A stretch of 32,000 bases of DNA, taken from Dickeya dadantii NCPPB 898. GTDB taxonomy: Bacteria; Pseudomonadota; Gammaproteobacteria; Enterobacterales; Enterobacteriaceae. The notes under the pieces were generated by a model. That model did not search any database, was not told the origin of the DNA, and saw only the letters and a list, made by a program, of their open reading frames with translations. Location of the stretch: NCBI RefSeq assembly GCF_000406145.1, contig NZ_CM001976.1, forward strand, positions 3,644,232 through 3,676,231. The letters are read 5' to 3'. The translations under genes were made by a program, and so were the position numbers. This document shows, one piece after another, positions 17,395 to 23,538 of the stretch (positions within the stretch are counted from its first letter, which is position 1; each line of letters starts with the position of its first letter).

Positions 17395-17420
17395 ATCGCC
17401 CGGCGATTTCTTTTCTGTTC
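17395..17420 (+). terminator. Weak terminator after the C69 gene, preceded by a GC hairpin at about 17369-17390
   Basis: atcgc (17395-17399) / gcgat (17403-17407) with a 3-nt loop, followed by ttcttttctgttc. Another T6 run lies 15 nt further on. Confidence 0.45.
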
Positions 17421-17534
17421 ATCAGGCGGTTCTTTTTTCGTGATCCCTTTCAACCTTTACGCCGACTTGCCGAATTTTGTTATTCGCTTTGGCGCGCCGT
17501 TGCCACAATAACCACAAGTCAACACAGGAGACAT

Positions 17535-17690
17535 CAGACCGGGTCCGTCAGGCGGCGAGGTCTGAATAATGGAAGGGTTCTCTCAGGGATGAGATTCCCC
17601 CGTTGCGGCACAGTCATCCCATCTTCTAGCCATGCGGGAATGACAACCTCCGCACATGCCGAGCCACACTCGGCCCGACCTGCATAAGAC
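17535..17690 (+). promoter_or_regulatory. Candidate (divergent or degenerate) cobalamin riboswitch-like leader upstream of eutE
   Basis: Five ordered motif resemblances to the Cobalamin family (RF00174):
- GGUCUGAAUAAUGGAAGGG (17559-17577)
- hairpin GGGAUGAGAUUCCC (17586-17599)
- GCGGCACAGUCA (17605-17616)
- AGCCAUGCGGGAAUGAC (17628-17644)
- B12-box-like GGCCCGACCUGCAUAAG (17672-17688)
AGGUC (17558-17562) can pair with GACCU (17677-17681). It deviates from the consensus in several conserved positions. Confidence 0.4.
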
Positions 17691-17795
17691 ACCGAATTCG
17701 CATCCGTACTTTTGACCACTGCACGTTTGATCAACCTGCTCCAGGCCGATGATCAACGACGCGTAAACAGGTGACATAACAAGAGGATAAGCCCT

Positions 17796-19175
17796 ATGGA
17801 ACACCCCGTGATCGAACCGACAGTACCGATGCCCGCCCCGGTGATGTTTGATGCGCCGAGCGGTATTTTCGACTCGCTTGACGATGCGGTTCAGGCCGCG
17901 GCGCAGGCTCAGCAGCAGTTGACCAGCGTTGAACTGCGCCAGCAGGTGATTAAAGCCATTCGCGTGGCCGGCGAACGCTACGCGCAGGTGCTGGCGGAAA
18001 TGGCGGTGGCCGAAACCGGTATGGGCCGCGTAGTCGATAAATACGTCAAAAACGTGTCTCAGGCGCGCCATACACCAGGAATCGAATGCCTGTCGGCGGA
18101 AGTGCTGACCGGCGATAACGGCCTGACGCTGATCGAAAACGCGCCCTGGGGCGTCGTCGCCTCGGTCACGCCGTCCACCAACCCGGCGGCCACGGTGATC
18201 AACAACGCCATCAGCATGATCGCGGCGGGCAACAGCGTGGTGTTCGCGCCCCATCCGTCGGCGAAAAAGGTGTCGTTGCGCACCATCAGCCTGCTCAACA
18301 AAGCGATTGTCGCGACAGGCGGCCCGGAGAACCTGCTGGTCAGCGTCGCCGACCCGAATATCGAAACCGCGCAGCGTCTGTTCCGCTACCCCGGCATCGG
18401 CCTGCTGGTGGTCACCGGCGGCGAAGCGGTGGTGGAAGCGGCGCGCAAGCATACCGACAAACGGTTGATCGCCGCCGGAGCGGGCAACCCGCCGGTGGTG
18501 GTGGATGAAACCGCCGACCTTCCGAAAGCCGCCCGCGCCATCGTCAAAGGCGCCTCGTTCGACAACAACATCATCTGCGCCGACGAGAAGGTGCTGATCG
18601 TGGTGGACAGCGTGGCCGACGCGCTGCTGGCGGAGATGCAGCGCAACCATGCGGTGCTGCTCACGCCGGAACAGACCGAGCGGTTGCTGCCCGCGCTGCT
18701 GAGCGATATCGACGCGCAGGGTAAAGGCCGCGTCAACCGTGACTATGTCGGCCGCGACGCCGCCAAACTCGCCGCCGCCATCGGGCTGGAGGTCAACGAG
18801 CACACTCGCTTGCTGTTGGCGGAAACCGATGCCGGCCACCCGTTCGCCGTCACCGAACTGATGATGCCGGTGCTGCCGGTGGTACGGGTGAAAAATGTGG
18901 ATGACGCCATCGCACTGGCGGTCAAACTGGAAAACGGCTGTCGCCACACCGCGGCGATGCACTCCACCAACATCCGCAACCTGAACCGGATGGCCAACGC
19001 CATCAACACCAGTATTTTCGTGAAAAACGGCCCCTGTATCGCCGGGCTGGGGCTGGGCGGCGAAGGCTGGACCTCGATGACTATCTCGACCCCGACCGGC
19101 GAAGGCGTCACCTCGGCCCGCACCTTCGTCCGTCTGCGCCGCTGCGTACTGGTGGACATGTTCCGTATCGCCTGA
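17796..19175 (+). CDS. eutE: CoA-acylating acetaldehyde dehydrogenase EutE, 459 aa
   Basis: RBS aagagga. From about residue 23 onward it is collinear with E. coli EutE (from memory): GIFDSLDDAV...LTGDNGLTLIENAPWGVVASVTPSTNPAATVINNAISMIAAGNSVVFAPHP...GAGNPPVVVDETADL...FDNNIICADEKVLIVVDSVAD...TSARTFVRLRRCVLVDMFRIA. Confidence 0.93.
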   Translation: MEHPVIEPTVPMPAPVMFDAPSGIFDSLDDAVQAAAQAQQQLTSVELRQQVIKAIRVAGERYAQVLAEMAVAETGMGRVVDKYVKNVSQARHTPGIECLSAEVLTGDNGLTLIENAPWGVVASVTPSTNPAATVINNAISMIAAGNSVVFAPHPSAKKVSLRTISLLNKAIVATGGPENLLVSVADPNIETAQRLFRYPGIGLLVVTGGEAVVEAARKHTDKRLIAAGAGNPPVVVDETADLPKAARAIVKGASFDNNIICADEKVLIVVDSVADALLAEMQRNHAVLLTPEQTERLLPALLSDIDAQGKGRVNRDYVGRDAAKLAAAIGLEVNEHTRLLLAETDAGHPFAVTELMMPVLPVVRVKNVDDAIALAVKLENGCRHTAAMHSTNIRNLNRMANAINTSIFVKNGPCIAGLGLGGEGWTSMTISTPTGEGVTSARTFVRLRRCVLVDMFRIA

Positions 19176-19191
19176 TCGCACGTTCGCCACG

Positions 19192-19223
19192 GTGTCGCCG
19201 CCGACAACAACCGGCGGCGACAC
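19192..19223 (+). other. 12-bp perfect GC-rich stem-loop 17 nt after the eutE stop
   Basis: gtgtcgccgccg (19192-19203) / cggcggcgacac (19212-19223) with an 8-nt loop. There is no T-run on either strand. Confidence 0.6.
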
Positions 19224-19248
19224 GGCAACGCCACAGGGAGCAGGGAGA

Positions 19249-19297
19249 AATCAGGGGCTGGAATAATCAGGGGGCTGGAATAATCGGGGAATGGAAC
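19249..19297 (+). repeat. Three tandem 16-17-bp repeats in the eutE-eutR spacer
   Basis: aatcaggggctggaat / aatcagggggctggaat / aatcggggaatggaac. Confidence 0.8.
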
Positions 19298-19441
19298 AAA
19301 GTGTGCCGCAGCGCCTGTTCCTCCCCAACCGAATGCCGTATAACGGGTCATGCGCAGGTCTGCATCAGCCCTGTCGCCGGCAACGACCGGCCACCATGCC
19401 TTGCGGACCTCGCCCGCTATTGTCACGGAGGGGAGCTGACG

Positions 19442-20485
19442 ATGAAACATAACCCGGTCAACCTGCATCATCTGGATGCGGTGCGCCGTCTTTCGGCAAC
19501 AACAGCAATGTCGCCGGGCGATAACGTGCATCAGCGCCAGACTCAGGACGTCTACGCCCAGTCCCGCACCATTACCGCCTGGCAGCAAATTTACGATCAG
19601 GTTTCGCCGGGGCATTTCAACGGCGAGCTACAGGAAATCCTGCTCGACGGCATCCAGCTTTGTCACGAATACACCAGTCTGGCGCTACGCCAGTCTTGCA
19701 TGGTATGGCCGGACTCCTTCTGGTTCGGCATCCCGGCCCGTCATGTCGGGACCGGCTTCATCGGCTCCCACCCCATCAGCGACAGCGCGATTGCCGTCAG
19801 CCCCGGCGGTAAAGAGTTCGAACTGAACACGCCGGACGACTACGCCATTCTGGGGGTGGTGGTTTCCCACGACGAACTGCTGCAATACACCGACGCACTG
19901 GAAGAACCGGAACAGCTGACCCGTCTGCTGGCGCAAAGCGCCACGCTGCTGGTGGAGCCGCGCAGGCGTGAAATCTTCTGGTCGTTTCTGCGTGAAGCGC
20001 TGTGGTATGGCGGCCATGAACCGCAACGCCTGCGGCATAGCAATGCGGTCAAGGTATTGAAACACAACCTGCTGACCACGGTGATCTCGTTTCTGGAAAG
20101 CGCCCAGCCGGCCGTCGCCGGCACCGCGCACACCGACAAACGCATCGGCTACCGCAGCCTGATCGGCCGCGCCAGAGAATATGTACTCAGCCAGCAGTCG
20201 GAACCGGTCACCGTGCTCGACCTGTGCCGCCGCCTGCACGTCAGCCGCCGCACGTTGCAAAACGCGTTCTGCGATGTGCTGGGGTGCGGCCCCAACGCCT
20301 GGCTGAAGATGATCCGCCTCAACGCGGTACGCCGCGAACTGATCAGTCCTTATTCCTGCCACCGTACCGTGCAGGATGCCGCCATGCAGTGGGGGTTCTG
20401 GCACCTGAGCCAGTTCGCCTGCGACTACCAGCGGCTGTTTGATGAAAAACCATCGGTAACGCTCAAAGCGCGATTAGCTGGATGA
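19442..20485 (+). CDS. eutR: AraC-family ethanolamine operon regulator EutR, 347 aa
   Basis: The ATG at 19442 follows GGAGGGGAG. NLHHL...DNVHQRQTQDVY...TITAWQQIYDQ..PG.F.GE..EILLD.IQ...EYT.LALRQSC.VWP.SFWFGIPA...VTVLDLC..LHVSRRTLQNAF...G.GPNAWLK.IRLNAVRRELISP...V.DAAMQWGFWHL.QFA.DYQ.LF.EKPS.TL is collinear with E. coli EutR (from memory). Confidence 0.92.
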   Translation: MKHNPVNLHHLDAVRRLSATTAMSPGDNVHQRQTQDVYAQSRTITAWQQIYDQVSPGHFNGELQEILLDGIQLCHEYTSLALRQSCMVWPDSFWFGIPARHVGTGFIGSHPISDSAIAVSPGGKEFELNTPDDYAILGVVVSHDELLQYTDALEEPEQLTRLLAQSATLLVEPRRREIFWSFLREALWYGGHEPQRLRHSNAVKVLKHNLLTTVISFLESAQPAVAGTAHTDKRIGYRSLIGRAREYVLSQQSEPVTVLDLCRRLHVSRRTLQNAFCDVLGCGPNAWLKMIRLNAVRRELISPYSCHRTVQDAAMQWGFWHLSQFACDYQRLFDEKPSVTLKARLAG

Positions 20486-20533
20486 AAGGGGGAAAATCGG
20501 GCACGCGGAGGTCATGGATATCAGGCGGTATAT

Positions 20534-20559
20534 GACGAGCCGACGGGCATCGGCTCGTC
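20534..20559. terminator. Hairpin between convergent eutR (+) and the secreted-protein gene (-)
   Basis: gacgagccga (20534-20543) / tcggctcgtc (20550-20559), a 10-bp stem with a 6-nt loop. The flanks are only weakly T-rich. Confidence 0.5.
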
Positions 20560-20570
20560 GCTTCAGGCGA

Positions 20571-21017
20571 TCAATCCTGCCATTTTTCAATAATGACTTT
20601 CACCGTGCCAGAATTGTCCACACGCTGCCAGTCCTGGAGGTACAAGTCGAAGCCCCCGGTTTGCGGGAACGCATGAATGATGGCGGCGGCATGCATCCCA
20701 TCGTCATTCAGGCCGTAATAGCTGACGGCAGCGGTCTTATCCGAGGTGCTGGTGCGGTCATACACCATCAACGCCGCCGATTTTGAACGCGTATTACCGG
20801 CCTGCCCTGTTGCATAGTCAACCCCCGCCGAAGTCGGATCGATGCGAAAACGATAAACCCCCGACGCGATCGTGGTTTCATTGTAAGCGCTTCCGCCAGG
20901 GACAGTATTGTTATATCCATCCAGCGTCACGGTTTTATACGGCTGCCAGCCGGCCATCGCCGAGTAAGACGCCAATAACGACGCCGTAGCCACTAAAATT
21001 TTGGTAACGTTTTTCAT
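20571..21017 (-). CDS. Small secreted protein of unknown function, 148 aa (about 126 aa mature)
   Basis: RBS aagga. Sec signal MKNVTKILVATASLLASYSAMA|GWQPY. The mature part is Ser/Thr/Gly/Tyr-rich and looks beta-rich. No family recognised. Confidence 0.75.
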   Translation of the reverse strand: MKNVTKILVATASLLASYSAMAGWQPYKTVTLDGYNNTVPGGSAYNETTIASGVYRFRIDPTSAGVDYATGQAGNTRSKSAALMVYDRTSTSDKTAAVSYYGLNDDGMHAAAIIHAFPQTGGFDLYLQDWQRVDNSGTVKVIIEKWQD

Positions 21018-21258
21018 GATTCAATATCCTTCTGAATAAAGTAAAGAGCCGTAATATAGTTATCTATAAATTGTTTCCACCAAAGGTAATAAATATAACA
21101 CTAATTTTCAAAATAGATTAATAGCGTAATAAAAATCACCTGTCATATCTCGGTAAAAGACAAAATAAGATTCTTGTTGATGACACATGTTGATTGTTGA
21201 TGCTCTGCGTCACATGGCGACCGACGAATAAACAGAGAAAAGCGATGCTGTAATATAT

Positions 21259-21951
21259 TCAACAACGTTTCTTTTTTCCGGCTCCGCCGGTGTATTTATC
21301 CCATGAAGACGGTGTTTTTATCGCACATGCTTTTCCACACGGTGATGATGTCTCATCATCTTTCCACCACGTCGGCCAGCTGTGCCTTCCCGGCGAGTAA
21401 TGGTGTCGGATATAGTCGATAAATTTGACAACCTGCTCGTCTGTCGTCAGCCGACCATGCGCCGACTGACCTCTGGGAATAGCAGGGCGCAGTTCTGCAG
21501 GAATCACCAACGCGTTTTTACCGAAGTAATAAAACTCATCGGCAATTAAAACATACCTTCCTGATATATCGATCTTTTTATCACTTTCATCGTGGTGAGG
21601 ATTGGCTATCAGCTCAAAATGCTCATCATCGGTAGCCGTTGGTATCACCGGGCAATAAATATTGTCTCCGCATCGCCCTTCTGTTGTTTCACCAGGGCGT
21701 TTGTTTAAAAAGCGTGGATCGTAATAGTAATCACGAATAGTTATTTTTTCGCCAATCCGCATCAGATAAACCAGACGCTCTTCGCCCACAGGCTCCCCAG
21801 TCAAGGCAGCGGATGTAAACCCCGCAATCCACTGCCCCACCCGCTTTCTCAACCGAAAATGAGGCTTACAGGTTGCCAGTGTTAACGTCTCGCCAAATGG
21901 ATTTGGCGCGAATCCAGTATCGTGGGTCATTTTATAACTGAATAGCTGCAT
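21259..21951 (-). CDS. Nmad2-like (putative nucleotide-modification-associated domain 2) protein, 230 aa
   Basis: The ATG at 21951 sits 4 nt after GGAGG. MQLFSYKMTHDTGFAPNPFGETLTLATCKP.R..K.VG.WI.G, then GDNIY and FYYFG.NA..IP..LR, match my memory of this family. Family assignment needs HMM confirmation. It is flanked by AT-rich ORF-free DNA. Confidence 0.7.
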   Translation of the reverse strand: MQLFSYKMTHDTGFAPNPFGETLTLATCKPHFRLRKRVGQWIAGFTSAALTGEPVGEERLVYLMRIGEKITIRDYYYDPRFLNKRPGETTEGRCGDNIYCPVIPTATDDEHFELIANPHHDESDKKIDISGRYVLIADEFYYFGKNALVIPAELRPAIPRGQSAHGRLTTDEQVVKFIDYIRHHYSPGRHSWPTWWKDDETSSPCGKACAIKTPSSWDKYTGGAGKKKRC

Positions 21952-22224
21952 AAAACCTCCTATCGGATAAACGACAACCACGCCATGCGCGATAATAAAA
22001 ACAACGACAAAAACACTGAACGTTATTCATGGTCAGTTATTCTGACGAAGACCAATCAGAGGATATGAATAAAAAGGTCAACTATTCGGACCGACCAACG
22101 AAGTCCGTTGGACTTTTATTCCACACCGGAAATCAACACCAAAATAGAATATCCAGCAACTTCCTAAACGGAAAATGGATCATTGCCAGATGAAGTATTC
22201 CCACGTTTCATCCGGCAAGCGTGG

Positions 22225-23202
22225 TCACGCACTCAGCGCATCAAACGCGCGGCGTATGTCGTCTTCCGGCAACCGGATGCCGATAAACACCATCACGCTT
22301 TCGCGCGGTTCATCGGCGTGCCATTCCCGGTCCCAGTCGGCGCTGTAGAGCCGCTGCACCCCCTGAAACAGCAGGCGACGGTCATCACCGTCGATCGCCA
22401 GCACGCCTTTATAACGCAGCAGGTTGTCGGCGCAGTTGACCAACAATTGCTCCATCACCGCCGATACCGCCGCCATGTCCACTGGGCGCGTCAGCCGCAC
22501 CACCAGCGAAGTGATGGCGTTATCCTGTTCGATCAACGGCCGAAAACGCGGCAGAGAAACCGACAGGCGATCGTTGAGCATGAAACCGTCGACACCGAAG
22601 ATCTGGCGATGGTCGATCTGGCCGTTAATCACCCGATGCAGACTGGCGCGCGCGTTGATCCGTGCCAGCCTTGACTCCAGCGCCGAGGTATCGCCCGCCA
22701 GGTCGGTCTTGGTCAGCAATAAACGGTCGGCGTAGCCCACCTGCGCCTGCGCTACGGTATGCCGGTTCAACTGGTCATCGGCGTGCACCGCATCCACCAA
22801 CGCAATCACGCCGTCCAGCAGAAAACGCTGGCTCAGGCGCTCGTCGGAAAAAAAGGTCTGAATCACCGGCCCCGGATCGGCCATACCGGTGCATTCGATC
22901 ACCAGTCGGTCGAAGACCAGTTCGCCGCGATCAATCCCGTCCAGCAGGTCATGCAGCGCGTCGGACAGCTCGTTGGCGCTGCTACAGCAGATGCAGCCGT
23001 TGCTCAGTGTGGTAATGCGGGTCGCCCGGTCGCCCAGCAAGGCGTCATCAATCGCCACCGCGCCGAATTCATTTTCAATCACCGCGATCTTTTCACCGTG
23101 ATCGGCGTACAACAGGTGCCGGAGCAGCGTGGTTTTACCGGCGCCGAGAAAGCCGGTGAGAATGGTCGCGGGTAATACGTCTGCGGGTACTGAATGGGTC
23201 AT
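22225..23202 (-). CDS. yjiA: COG0523 GTPase / zinc metallochaperone-like YjiA, 325 aa
   Basis: LTGFLGAGKTTLLRH.L....G.KIAVIENEFG...DD.L.GDRAT.I.TL.NGCICCS..NEL.DAL.DLLD...G...FDRLVIECTGMADPGP.IQTFFS and ...LLRYKG.L.IDG...RLLFQGVQRLYSADWDR.W are collinear with E. coli YjiA. Confidence 0.93.
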   Translation of the reverse strand: MTHSVPADVLPATILTGFLGAGKTTLLRHLLYADHGEKIAVIENEFGAVAIDDALLGDRATRITTLSNGCICCSSANELSDALHDLLDGIDRGELVFDRLVIECTGMADPGPVIQTFFSDERLSQRFLLDGVIALVDAVHADDQLNRHTVAQAQVGYADRLLLTKTDLAGDTSALESRLARINARASLHRVINGQIDHRQIFGVDGFMLNDRLSVSLPRFRPLIEQDNAITSLVVRLTRPVDMAAVSAVMEQLLVNCADNLLRYKGVLAIDGDDRRLLFQGVQRLYSADWDREWHADEPRESVMVFIGIRLPEDDIRRAFDALSA

Positions 23203-23235
23203 AATCGAAAAAAACTCCTTGTCGCGTTCTGACGT

Positions 23236-23439
23236 TCAACAGCACCGAAAACCGCCTTTGCCGCTGCCGCCGTAGCGTGCCTGCTGGCGCTCGCGGAAAA
23301 ACTCCTCGTAGCTCATGACGTCCTGGTCCGGGTGGTTGGTCTGCATGTGCTGCACATAATTATCGTAATCCGGGATGCCCACCAGCATTCTGGCGGCCTG
23401 TCCCAGGTATTTTCCCGCTTTCCCAAGGTTTCCGAACAT
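23236..23439 (-). CDS. yjiX: YbdD/YjiX-family small protein, 67 aa
   Basis: The ATG at 23439 follows agagaggg. [38 protein letters not shown]...[25 protein letters not shown] compares with E. coli Yji[39 protein letters not shown]... Confidence 0.92.
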   Translation of the reverse strand: MFGNLGKAGKYLGQAARMLVGIPDYDNYVQHMQTNHPDQDVMSYEEFFRERQQARYGGSGKGGFRCC

Positions 23440-23538
23440 ATCGCCCTCTCTTTGTCTCCGCTGGTCTGCGCGCCGACAGGACATGAACGCCGGCAGGCCC
23501 GTACAGGCGCCCGCCGGCGGTATCCTCCTCGCCCTCGG

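Noticed and set aside
17534-17734. 66-aa minus-strand ORF in the C69-eutE spacer
   Set aside because: It has no RBS and overlaps the structured riboswitch-like region. It lies on the opposite strand to all neighbouring genes. Its composition is unremarkable.
17583-19223. 546-aa minus-strand ORF over eutE (and 18743-19615, 290 aa)
   Set aside because: It is antisense to an unmistakable EutE. It has a low-complexity Gly/Arg/His/Asp composition.
22065-22193. 42-codon + ORF (MNKKVNYSDRPTKSVGLLFH...) and a small hairpin with a T-tract (22095-22120) in the AT-rich region between the Nmad2-like gene and yjiA
   Set aside because: The AGAGGA lies only 1 nt from the ATG, which is too close. The 6-bp hairpin lies inside the ORF, so the two readings contradict each other. 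Either could be chance in AT-rich DNA.
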